Both the position numbers and the translations under genes were made by a program. The notes below the pieces were generated by a model, which had not been told where the DNA came from, did not search any database, and saw only the letters and a list, made by a program, of their open reading frames with translations. A DNA stretch of 64,000 nt from Candidatus Limnocylindria bacterium. Its GTDB lineage: Bacteria > Chloroflexota > Limnocylindria > QHBO01. Shown piece after piece: positions 55,942-64,000 of this stretch; position 1 is the stretch's first letter; every line of letters begins with the position of its first letter. The stretch lies in contig DATBIY010000077.1 of the NCBI GenBank assembly GCA_036556695.1, positions 2,661-66,660 on the forward strand, given 5' to 3'.

Positions 55942-57675
55942 TCAGATGCCGGTGGCCGCGGCCGCGAACTCGGTGTCGAGCCAGATTCCGACGTCGCCCT
56001 TCAGCTCCTCCAGCCAGCGGGTGAAGCCTGAGCTCGACACCTGGCTGCGCTGCCGGGTGGTAACGATGCGATGGTCGGAGAGGTCGTTCAGCTTGAAGAT
56101 GTAGATCGCCGTGTCGGTGACCAGCGGCTCCGAGATCTGCCCCTTCTCGGTCATGGCGAAGATCGCCTCGTCACGCTCGGCGTCGAGCTGGTAATGGACG
56201 ATCCAGCCAAGCTCGCCACCGTCCCCGGCACTGGTCGCGTCGTCGCTCTTCTCCCTGGCGACGGCGGCGAAGGAGTCGGGATCCTCTCGGAGCTCGGCCG
56301 CCAGCTGCTCGGCGTAGTCCATCGCCGTGGCACGCTGCTCGACAACCTGGATGATGTGATACCCGAAGTCCGATCTCACCGGGCGGCTGATCTCGCCGAC
56401 ATCCAGCTGGCCGGCCGCGGTCGCGAACTCGGGAACGAACGTCTGGCCCAGCTCGCCCAACGAGTACCAGCCCAGCATCCCGCCGCGCGAGCGGCTGCCG
56501 GGGTCGTCCGACTCCTTTGCGAGCACCGACCAGTCAGCATCGGGCTTGACCGCGTCGCGTCGCAGTCGGCGCGCCTTTTCCAGCGCATCGGCCCATTGCT
56601 CGTCGGTCGCCACCGTCTGGTCCTCGGCGCCGGGGATGGGTGCGACCAGCAGGTGCCGCACCCGCACCTTCGGACCGGGCACGCCGCGGTCGTTGTCGAT
56701 CCGGATCTGCGAGACGTTGCGCTGCGGCTGGAAGGGAGTCAGCACCCTCGTTTCGAAGTAGGTGCGGAAGCGGTCGCGCAGCAGCTCTTGGCGCACGTAC
56801 TCACGATAGGCCGCCTCGCTCACGCCGTTCTCGGAAAGCAGCTGCTCCAGCGGGACATTGTCGGTCGACGCACGGATGTCCTCGACCTCCAGGATGTACC
56901 AGCCCCGGTTGTTGCGGATGGGGCCGACCAGGTCGCCCACCTCTGCATCGGCCGCGGCGGTGAAGTACTCGCCGAACTCCGGATCATCCGCCTGGATCCA
57001 GCCCAGCAGCCCGTCCCTGGTCTTGCTGTTGTCGTCGCTCTGGTCGCGCGCCAGCGTCCCAAAGTCGGCGCCGTCCTCGATCTGCGCCTTGAGGTCCTCG
57101 ATGCGTTGGCGGGCAGCTGCCCAGTTCGCCTCGGTGGGCCTGTCTTCGGCCTTCGCGTCGTCGTCCTTCTTCGGGAAGGCCATGATCATCGACAGCTGCC
57201 GCCGCTCCGGAATGGTCATGCGGCTGGCCAGCTCGGCGTCGACGTCCCCGTCAGGCAGGCGGATGCCCAGGCCCTCCGCCTTCAGGTCGAGTGCCATGCC
57301 GGTGACCAGCGACTCGGCACCGGACTGGTTGACCTGCTGGATCGCGTTCTGCAACGAGCTCAGCTGCTGCTGGATCAGGTCGCCGCGCGCACCGCCGGAG
57401 CTGTTCTGGAGATCGACCGCCCGCGCCTGGATCTCCGAGGCCAGGATGTCGACCCGGGTCAGGATCTGGCCACGATCGACCGCCGTGCCGCCGACCAGTG
57501 CGGCCTGCTTCAGGTTCGCCTGGAAGAACGAGCTCCAGGCCGTGGCCGCGAAGATGCCGACCGCCACCGCGATGGCCAGCGCGAACCCGGCAACCAGCAA
57601 CTGCTGGGTGCGGAGCTCGTCCTGCCAGCGGGGGCGATGCTTGCGGTCGAGGACGGGTCGGTTGCGGAATGCCAT
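55942..57675 (-). CDS. Membrane-anchored parvulin-type peptidyl-prolyl cis-trans isomerase (SurA/PrsA-like, two PpiC domains)
   Basis: N-terminal TM anchor, SurA-N-like region and two rotamase domains (GGLLGWIQADDP...; GGMLGWYSLGEL...FGYHIIQV); internal ATG 57675. Confidence 0.7.
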   Translation of the reverse strand: MAFRNRPVLDRKHRPRWQDELRTQQLLVAGFALAIAVAVGIFAATAWSSFFQANLKQAALVGGTAVDRGQILTRVDILASEIQARAVDLQNSSGGARGDLIQQQLSSLQNAIQQVNQSGAESLVTGMALDLKAEGLGIRLPDGDVDAELASRMTIPERRQLSMIMAFPKKDDDAKAEDRPTEANWAAARQRIEDLKAQIEDGADFGTLARDQSDDNSKTRDGLLGWIQADDPEFGEYFTAAADAEVGDLVGPIRNNRGWYILEVEDIRASTDNVPLEQLLSENGVSEAAYREYVRQELLRDRFRTYFETRVLTPFQPQRNVSQIRIDNDRGVPGPKVRVRHLLVAPIPGAEDQTVATDEQWADALEKARRLRRDAVKPDADWSVLAKESDDPGSRSRGGMLGWYSLGELGQTFVPEFATAAGQLDVGEISRPVRSDFGYHIIQVVEQRATAMDYAEQLAAELREDPDSFAAVAREKSDDATSAGDGGELGWIVHYQLDAERDEAIFAMTEKGQISEPLVTDTAIYIFKLNDLSDHRIVTTRQRSQVSSSGFTRWLEELKGDVGIWLDTEFAAAATGI

Positions 57676-57795
57676 TGCTCGGTATCGCCTCGGAAGCGCG
57701 CTGAACTGGGGTCGAATCGACTGGGCGAGGCTGCATGCTAGCCGATGACCCTGCCCTTCGCCACACAGCGGCCGGCCTCGCGGTCGCACCGCGGC

Positions 57796-58566
57796 TCAGT
57801 GGCGCCGAAACACCTCGACCATGGCGCTCAGCCGCAGCCGCAGCACCATGAGCAGGGCCTCGGCCACGATGCTGGTGGTCATCTTCGAGTGCCCCGCCAC
57901 GCGCTCGCGAAAGATGATCGGGATCTGCGTGATCTTCGAGCCGCGGCGATGGGCCCACCATGTCATCTCGACCTGGAATCCGTACCCGCTGGCGTTCGCG
58001 TCACGCAGGCGAATGGCCTCCAGCAGCTCGCGCCGCCACGCCTTGAAGCCACCGGTCAGGTCGCGGTACGGCAGCAGCAGAACGGTGCGTGCGAACATCG
58101 TGCCGGCCCGGCTGATCAGCCTGCGCCGCAGTGGCCAGCCGACCGTGTCGCCGCCGCGGATGTAGCGCGTTCCGAGGACCAGGTCCGAATCGCGCATGAG
58201 CGGCGCCAGCAGGCGCGGCAGGTCCTTCGGGTCGTGGCTGAAGTCGGCGTCCATCTGAACGATGGCCTTCACCCCGGGCTGGCCGAGCGCCCAGCGGAAG
58301 CCGTGCCGGTACGCGGCGCCCAGCCCTTCCTTGGCAGCGCGGTGCAGGACCTGCACCCGCGGCTCCTGGGCGGCGATGGTGTCGGCCAGGATGCCGGTCC
58401 CGTCGGGTGAGCTGTCGTCAACGACCAGCAGCTCCGCCTCGGGCAGCGCCTCCAGGATGGCGGCGCTGATGCCCTCCAGGTTCTCGCGCTCGTTGTAGGT
58501 GGGCAGCACCACCCACACGCCGCGGCCCGCTGCCAGGCCGACCCGGGCCGGTGGCTCCTCGGTCAT
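57796..58566 (-). CDS. GT2 polyprenyl-phosphate glycosyltransferase (dolichol-P-mannose synthase / Ppm1-like)
   Basis: VVLPTYNERENL...LVVDDSSPDGT...QMDADFSHDP motifs of DPM1-like GT2 enzymes; 256 aa from the internal ATG 58566. Confidence 0.75.
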   Translation of the reverse strand: MTEEPPARVGLAAGRGVWVVLPTYNERENLEGISAAILEALPEAELLVVDDSSPDGTGILADTIAAQEPRVQVLHRAAKEGLGAAYRHGFRWALGQPGVKAIVQMDADFSHDPKDLPRLLAPLMRDSDLVLGTRYIRGGDTVGWPLRRRLISRAGTMFARTVLLLPYRDLTGGFKAWRRELLEAIRLRDANASGYGFQVEMTWWAHRRGSKITQIPIIFRERVAGHSKMTTSIVAEALLMVLRLRLSAMVEVFRRH

Positions 58567-59837
58567 CGCCCGACACCCAGGTAGCCCTTTCCGGCTGCCC
58601 GGATGACGGCCGGATCCAGCACGTTGCGCCCGTCGACCACCAGCTCCAGGCCGGGCAGCCGCGCGAAGTCGAGATCGCGAAACTGCGGGTGATCGGCCTG
58701 CAGGATCAGCGCGCGGACCGGCGCCGGGTCGTTTGGCGTCCACGGCGCGAAGCCATGGGCCGCCAGCTCATCGGCCGAGAAAAGCGGATCGTAACCGTGC
58801 ACCTGCGCTCCGGCAGCCTGCAGGGCATCGCGCAGCGCAAACGCCGAGCTGAAGGCATCCTCGCGCACGCCGCCACGGTACGCGATGCCCAGCACCAGCA
58901 CGGGCTGCTCGCGCAGGCTGCCGATCTGGTGCTCCATGGCGCTGACCGTCCAGGCTGCCATGCCGTCGTTGATCTGCCGCGCGGCGCGGGGCAGCTGCAG
59001 GTCGGGAGCATCGGCGAAGAGGAAGTGCGGGTAGACCGGGATGCAATGCCCGCCGACGCCGACCCCCGGCAGGTGGACGTGGCTGTAGGGCTGCGAGTTG
59101 GCCGCGTCGATGACCTCCATCACGTCGATCCCGCGCTCGGCGGCATAGCGCGCGTACTCGTTGGCCAGCGCGATATTCACGTCACGGTAGGTCGTCTCGG
59201 CCAGCTTCGTCATCTCGGCTGCCTCGGCGCTCGACAGAACGCGGATCTCGGTTCCCGGATCGAGCGCCTGCTCGTAGAAGGCGCGGGCTCGCGCGGTCGA
59301 CTCTGGGCCGATGCCGCCCACCACCTTCGGATAGCGGCGCAGGTCGAGCAGCACGCGACCGACCAGCACCCGCTCCGGCGAGAAGGCCACGAACAGGTCG
59401 CGCTCTGCCGACAGGCCGCTGCCCTGCTCCAGGATGGGCGTCAGCCGGTCACGGGTGGTCCCCACCGGCACTGTGGTCTCGAACACGACCAGCACGCCTG
59501 CGCCGATACCGTGGCTGATGTCGCGCGTCGCGGCGTCGATGGCGCGGAAGTCGATCCTGCGCGCCTCGTCGACCAGCACCGGCACGATGATGACCACCCC
59601 CTCCGCGTCTCGGACGCCGTCCGTGCCGTCGGTAGTGGCTCGCAGACGTCCGCTGGCGACCAGCTCCGGCACGAGCTCGTCCACCTCGCGCTCTCCGGGG
59701 TGCGGCGGGATGCCGGCGTTGACCGCCGCCACGATGCGCTCGTCGATGTCGCAGCCCACCACCTGATGGCCGCGCGAGGCGTACTGCACGGCCAGCGGCA
59801 GGCCGATCTGGCCCAGGCCGACGATGGCGACCCTCAT
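58563..59837 (-). CDS. UDP-N-acetyl-D-hexosamine 6-dehydrogenase (WbpA/WecC-like nucleotide-sugar dehydrogenase)
   Basis: MRVAIVGLGQIGLPLA Rossmann motif, catalytic GGHCIPV, UDPG_MGDP_dh C-terminal domain. Confidence 0.8.
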   Translation of the reverse strand: MRVAIVGLGQIGLPLAVQYASRGHQVVGCDIDERIVAAVNAGIPPHPGEREVDELVPELVASGRLRATTDGTDGVRDAEGVVIIVPVLVDEARRIDFRAIDAATRDISHGIGAGVLVVFETTVPVGTTRDRLTPILEQGSGLSAERDLFVAFSPERVLVGRVLLDLRRYPKVVGGIGPESTARARAFYEQALDPGTEIRVLSSAEAAEMTKLAETTYRDVNIALANEYARYAAERGIDVMEVIDAANSQPYSHVHLPGVGVGGHCIPVYPHFLFADAPDLQLPRAARQINDGMAAWTVSAMEHQIGSLREQPVLVLGIAYRGGVREDAFSSAFALRDALQAAGAQVHGYDPLFSADELAAHGFAPWTPNDPAPVRALILQADHPQFRDLDFARLPGLELVVDGRNVLDPAVIRAAGKGYLGVGR

Positions 59838-60835
59838 CCCAGCACCGCCCGCAGCGCGGCGCCGGACAGGGCGGTGCCGGTGTTGGCGGCCTCGACCATG
59901 GCGCGTGCCAGCTGCAGCGCCACCAGGGCCTCCCGCGGGTCGACTGGCGGCGGTCCGCCGCTGCGAACTGCCTCCGCGAAGGCCTCCAGCTCGACGACCA
60001 GCGGCTCGCGCCGCTCGACGTGCCGCGGCTCGGCCTCCCCGGCGGTGACCGAGCCTTCCGACGGGTTGGGGTAGAAGACCAGCTCCTGGCTGAGGTAGTC
60101 GGCCACGTACATGCCGCCCTCGCCCGTCACCGTCAGCCGCCGCTGCTTGGTGGGCGTCAGCCAGTTGATGTCCAGGTGACCCACCGCCCCGTTGGCGAAC
60201 TTCAGCACCCCGACCAGCAGATCCTCGTGATCGGTGTGGATTCGTTGCTCGGTCTCGGCGTAGACGCGCACCGGGTCGGCACCCAGCAGGAAGCGCATCA
60301 CGTCCAGGTCGTGCGGTGCGAGGTCGACCACCACGCCGACGTCGCGGATCCGCTCCGGGAAGGGCCCCAGCCGCTCGACGCTGACCTGGAAGATGCGGCC
60401 CAGCTCTCCTTCGCCGAGGCGACGCCGCAGCTCGAGGATCGCCGGGTTGAAGCGCTCGATGTGGCCAACGCTGAGCAGGCGATCGCAGCTCTGGGCCAGG
60501 CTGATCATCTCCTCGGCCTCGGCACGCTCGGCGGCGATCGGCTTCTCCACCAGCACGTGCGCGCCGCCGCGCAGCGCGGCCAGCGTCAGCCGGTGGTGAA
60601 GGGACGTCGGCGCGGCCACGCTGACCACGTCGGGCTTCTCCTCGGCGAGCAGGCGCCTCGCCTCCGCGTAGCCGCGCGCCCGCCTGCCGTTCTTCGCCGC
60701 TTCAACGGCATACTGGCGCGGATCGGCCACACCCACCAGCTCGACGCCAGGGAGCTCGTCCCAGACCCGCACGTGGTGCCGGCCCATGGTGCCCAGGCCG
60801 ATGACCGCCGCGCGCAGCGGTTGGTCGTGCGTCAT
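59834..60835 (-). CDS. Gfo/Idh/MocA-family NAD-dependent sugar oxidoreductase (WbpB-like UDP-sugar 3-dehydrogenase candidate)
   Basis: LRAAVIGLGTMGRHH N-terminal Rossmann, EKPIA motif, GFIM C-terminal dimerisation domain. Confidence 0.75.
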   Translation of the reverse strand: MTHDQPLRAAVIGLGTMGRHHVRVWDELPGVELVGVADPRQYAVEAAKNGRRARGYAEARRLLAEEKPDVVSVAAPTSLHHRLTLAALRGGAHVLVEKPIAAERAEAEEMISLAQSCDRLLSVGHIERFNPAILELRRRLGEGELGRIFQVSVERLGPFPERIRDVGVVVDLAPHDLDVMRFLLGADPVRVYAETEQRIHTDHEDLLVGVLKFANGAVGHLDINWLTPTKQRRLTVTGEGGMYVADYLSQELVFYPNPSEGSVTAGEAEPRHVERREPLVVELEAFAEAVRSGGPPPVDPREALVALQLARAMVEAANTGTALSGAALRAVLG

Positions 60836-61905
60836 CCCTGCGCGACCTCCAACGCGGCCACGATCCGCTCGGCCGCATGGCCGTCGCCGTACAGCTCGGG
60901 ACGAGGTCGCGTGCGATCCATGAACGTGGCATCCGCCAGCGCGGCGCGCAGCGCCTCAGGATCATCGCCCGCCACCCGGTTCCAGCCAGCCTCCACCGTC
61001 TCGACCCACTCGGTCTCGCCGCGCAGCGTGACGCACGGCGTCCCGGCCAGGTAGGCCTCCTTCTGCACGCCACCCGAGTCGGTGGCCACCACCACGGCGG
61101 CGCGTTCCAGCGCCAGCATGGCCAGGTAGCCCGCCGGCTCGAGCGTCACCACGTTGGGCGGCAGGGTCATGCGGTGCGAATGCAGCACGGCGGCCGTGCG
61201 CGGATGCACGGGCCACACCACCGGGCGGTCGTCGGGCAGCATGGCAAGGCGCGCAGCCAGGCGTGCCGGATCATCCACGTTGTCGGGACGGTGCAGCGTC
61301 AGCAGCACGAAGCCGGGCCGCACGGCAGCCTCGTGCGGCAGGTGGGTCTCGGCGTGCGGCGCGGCCCAGCAGACCGCATCGGCCATCACGTCGCCCACCA
61401 GGACCGCCCGATCACCCAGCCCTTCGCCTTGCAGGTGCGCCATGGCGGCCGGCGTCGGAGCCAGCAGCAGGTCGGCCAGGTGGTCGGCCACCACCCGGTT
61501 GCGCTCTTCCGGCATGGCGCGGTTGAACGAACGCAGGCCTGCCTCCACGTGCGCCAGCCATGGACGCCGACCACCGAATTCGACCTTGGCGGCCGCCAGG
61601 GCGCCGGCCAGCGTGGAGTTGGTGTCGCCGTACAGCAGCACGCCATCCGGCTCGTGCGCCCGCAGGACGGGCTCGAGAGCGCGCAGCATCTCGGCGGTCT
61701 GTGCGCCGTGCGCTCCGCTACCGATGCCCAGGTTCACGTCCGGGTCGGGCAGCTCCAGCTCGCGGAAGAAGGCAGCGCTCAGCGCGTCGTCGTAGTGCTG
61801 GCCGGTGTGCACCAGCACTTCATGATGCTTCTCGCGGAGGACGCGGCTGACCGGGGCCGCCTTGACGAACTGCGGCCGCGCGCCGACCACGGTCAGGACC
61901 TTCAC
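60832..61905 (-). CDS. UDP-N-acetylglucosamine 2-epimerase (non-hydrolysing; WecB/WbpI-like)
   Basis: VKVLTVVGARPQFVK, HTGQHYD, GDTNSTLAGALAA and HVEAGLRS motifs. GTG 61905 start with GGAGG 9 nt upstream; the track's ATG extension is rejected. Confidence 0.8.
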   Translation of the reverse strand: MKVLTVVGARPQFVKAAPVSRVLREKHHEVLVHTGQHYDDALSAAFFRELELPDPDVNLGIGSGAHGAQTAEMLRALEPVLRAHEPDGVLLYGDTNSTLAGALAAAKVEFGGRRPWLAHVEAGLRSFNRAMPEERNRVVADHLADLLLAPTPAAMAHLQGEGLGDRAVLVGDVMADAVCWAAPHAETHLPHEAAVRPGFVLLTLHRPDNVDDPARLAARLAMLPDDRPVVWPVHPRTAAVLHSHRMTLPPNVVTLEPAGYLAMLALERAAVVVATDSGGVQKEAYLAGTPCVTLRGETEWVETVEAGWNRVAGDDPEALRAALADATFMDRTRPRPELYGDGHAAERIVAALEVAQG

Positions 61906-62513
61906 GCATCTGCCTCCGGCGGAAACGATCGGCCGCAGCCCGGACAGGCCCCGCGGAACGGGACGCCGTCCGGCGCATCCCGCAGCGGCTGGCCGCAGAC
62001 GCATGCGCTGCCCATCCGGCGAGCCGGATTGCCGGCCACCAGCTCGTGGTCGGCAACGTCGCGCGTGACCACCGCTCCGGCGCCCACCATCGCCCAGCGA
62101 CCGACGGAGACCCCGGGCAGCACCACACTGCCGGCGCCGATGCTCGCCCCGGCACGCACCAGGATGGGCGAGACGCTCCAGTCATCATCGGTCTTCAGGC
62201 TGCCGTCAGGGTTCACCGCGCGTGGCTGCCGGTCGTTGGTGAGGCAGGCATGCGGGCCGATGAAGACGCCGTCCTCGATGGTCACGCCACGGAACAGGCT
62301 GGCGTTGTTCTGCACCTTGACGCGGTCGCCGATGCGCACGCCGGCGTCGATGTACACGTTCTTGCCGATGATGCAGCCGCTCCCCAGCCGTGCTCCCTCG
62401 CGGACCTGGGCCTGGTTCCAGACCTTCGTGCCCGGACCGATCTCGGCCGTCGCCGCCACGTCGGCCGTGGGGTGGATGAAGGTCGCCGGATCGGCCGCGG
62501 ACGGCTCGGCCAT
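61902..62513 (-). CDS. Left-handed beta-helix (hexapeptide-repeat) sugar N-acetyltransferase (WbpD/WlbB-like)
   Basis: Consecutive hexapeptide repeats (IGKNVYIDAGVRIGDRVKVQNNASLFRGVTIEDGVFIGPHA) and a C-terminal Cys-rich tail. Confidence 0.7.
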   Translation of the reverse strand: MAEPSAADPATFIHPTADVAATAEIGPGTKVWNQAQVREGARLGSGCIIGKNVYIDAGVRIGDRVKVQNNASLFRGVTIEDGVFIGPHACLTNDRQPRAVNPDGSLKTDDDWSVSPILVRAGASIGAGSVVLPGVSVGRWAMVGAGAVVTRDVADHELVAGNPARRMGSACVCGQPLRDAPDGVPFRGACPGCGRSFPPEADA

Positions 62514-63115
62514 CAGTCGCCGGCCAGCAGCTCGCGCAGGCGCGGCATGGCCGCCGATACGGCGCGGCCGCGGTGCGAGATGCGGTCCTTCTCCCCCTCC
62601 GGCAGCTGGGCGGTGGTCATGCCGTCGGGCAGCAGGAACACCGGGTCGTACCCGAATCCGCCGGTGCCGCGACGTTCGCGCGCGAGCTCCCCCTCCATCA
62701 CGCCGGAGAAGGTCTCGATGCGCGGTGGCTGTCCGACTGAGGTCGAAATGGCCAGCGCCAGCACACAGACCATGCGCGCCGCCCGGCGGGAGTCGTCGCC
62801 AACGCTCTCCAGCAGCAGGCCGACGCGGTCGTCGACGGCGTCGCCACCGTAGCGCGCGGTGTGCACGCCCGGTCCCCAGTCGAGCGCTTCGACCTCGATG
62901 CCGGAGTCATCGGCCAGGGTGAGCAGCCCGGAGGCACGAGCGTAGGCCTCGGCCTTGGCCGATGCATTGGCGGCATAGGAGTCGTGAGGCTCGGGCACGT
63001 CCAGGTTCAGGCCGATGTCCTGCGGGAAGACCAGGCGGCCGGGGATCCCGGCCAGCAGCCGGCCGAACTCGCGTTGCTTGCCGCGGTTGGCGGTGGCCAG
63101 CAGCAGGGCGGTCAC
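62513..63115 (-). CDS. rdgB: Non-canonical purine NTP pyrophosphatase (RdgB/HAM1)
   Basis: [18 protein letters not shown] and EKDRISHRG motifs of the Ham1 family. Confidence 0.8.
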   Translation of the reverse strand: MTALLLATANRGKQREFGRLLAGIPGRLVFPQDIGLNLDVPEPHDSYAANASAKAEAYARASGLLTLADDSGIEVEALDWGPGVHTARYGGDAVDDRVGLLLESVGDDSRRAARMVCVLALAISTSVGQPPRIETFSGVMEGELARERRGTGGFGYDPVFLLPDGMTTAQLPEGEKDRISHRGRAVSAAMPRLRELLAGD

Positions 63116-63843
63116 TCCGTTGCGGGAGCGGCGATGGCCGTGCGCTGCAGCTCGAACAGCTGCCGGATGCCGGCCGCGGCCAGCTCGATCATCTGGTTCA
63201 TCTGGGCGCGGTCGAAGGCCCTGTGCTCAGCCGTGCCCTGCACTTCGACGAACCTCTCGTCGTCCGTCATCACCACGTTGAAGTCGACGTCGGCCGACGA
63301 ATCCTCGACGTAGTTCAGGTCCAGCAGCGGCGTCCCGCCGCTCATGCCCACGCTGACCGCGGCCACCTGCCCGGTCAGCAGGTGCCCCATGCCGTACGTG
63401 TTCAGCGCCCGCGCCAGCGCCACGTAGGCGCCGGTGATGCTGGCAGTCCGCGTTCCGCCGTCGGCCTGGATCACGTCGCAGTCGACCGTCACCGTCCGCT
63501 CACCGAGCTTGCCCAGGTCGACCACCCCACGCAGCGCACGGCCGATGAGCCGCTGGATCTCGTGGGTGCGGCCGCCGATCCGCCCGGCGTGCGCCTCGCG
63601 CTGGCTGCGCTCCGTGCCGGCGCGCGGCAGCATGCTGTACTCCGCCGTCACCCAGCCCTGGCCCTTGCCCCGCAGCCAGCCGGGAACGCGATCCTCGATG
63701 GTCACCGCGCAGATCACGCGCGTGTCGCCCACGCGGATCAGGACCGAGCCTTCGGCGAACTTCAGGTAATCGGGAACGATCTTGACGGGACGAAGCTGGG
63801 CGGATGCGCGTCCATCCGGACGGCGGGCGGCGGCAATGGACAT
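63112..63843 (-). CDS. rph: Ribonuclease PH
   Basis: Full-length RNase PH pattern (RPDGR...GSVL...[19 protein letters not shown]). Confidence 0.9.
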   Translation of the reverse strand: MSIAAARRPDGRASAQLRPVKIVPDYLKFAEGSVLIRVGDTRVICAVTIEDRVPGWLRGKGQGWVTAEYSMLPRAGTERSQREAHAGRIGGRTHEIQRLIGRALRGVVDLGKLGERTVTVDCDVIQADGGTRTASITGAYVALARALNTYGMGHLLTGQVAAVSVGMSGGTPLLDLNYVEDSSADVDFNVVMTDDERFVEVQGTAEHRAFDRAQMNQMIELAAAGIRQLFELQRTAIAAPATE

Positions 63844-63913
63844 CGCCGCCGATTCTACGCTCCGAGCGTGCTCGGCTGGCGCAGCGGCGCCTGGCGCGGC
63901 GAAGCCTGGCGCC

Positions 63914-64000
63914 TCAGCGAAGGTCGATGGCGTGCGTGTCGCGCACCCACCAGCCGGCCAGCCTGCCCGACGCCAGCTTGAGGTAGCGAACGCCGTTCAC
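63914..64000 (-). CDS. 3'-terminal fragment of a minus-strand CDS continuing beyond the window
   Basis: Open frame ...[28 protein letters not shown] ending at a TGA stop; too short to assign a function. Confidence 0.25.
   Translation of the reverse strand: MNGVRYLKLASGRLAGWWVRDTHAIDLR

Noticed and set aside
60877-62922. 681-aa plus-strand ORF
   Set aside because: Antisense to the WecB-like, acetyltransferase and rdgB genes; low complexity.

Overview
High-GC (~70%) bacterial chromosomal window, likely Actinobacteria or Chloroflexi, with dense coding on both strands. The six-frame track is dominated by spurious Arg/Ala-rich antisense and out-of-frame ORFs; calls below rest on recognisable protein families, and several start codons were re-assigned to internal ATG/GTG/TTG sites. 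The edges (1-13 kb, 41-64 kb) hold housekeeping genes: FAD monooxygenase, MBL hydrolase, serA, glnA, a PucR regulator, a Cys/Met PLP enzyme, a GGDEF protein, an LCP ligase, WecA-like and Wbp-like UDP-sugar genes, mazG, a parvulin, rdgB, rph and tRNA-Pro(UGG). The core (~8-41 kb) is a large cell-surface glycan assembly locus: WbaP-like initiating transferase, two Wzx-type flippases, a Wzy/WaaL-like polymerase/ligase, six GT4 glycosyltransferases, a GT39-like membrane transferase, two OafA-type acyltransferase-3/SGNH O-acyltransferases and two UDP-sugar dehydrogenases. The unusual part is that this glycan locus carries a complete PAPS supply and sulfation system. It comprises a sat-cysC operon with a co-transcribed DASS/SLC13 permease (candidate sulfate importer), an NrnA-like pAp phosphatase, an inorganic pyrophosphatase, an arylsulfatase-family protein, and four paralogous heparan-sulfate-type carbohydrate sulfotransferases. 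These sulfotransferases are translationally coupled to a TagF-like CDP-glycerol glycerophosphotransferase and to the polymerase, and a gpsA-tagD pair supplying CDP-glycerol sits nearby. The most parsimonious reading is biosynthesis of a sulfated, glycerol-phosphorylated, O-acylated secondary cell-wall or exopolysaccharide, which is rare in bacteria and would be uncharacterised for this lineage.
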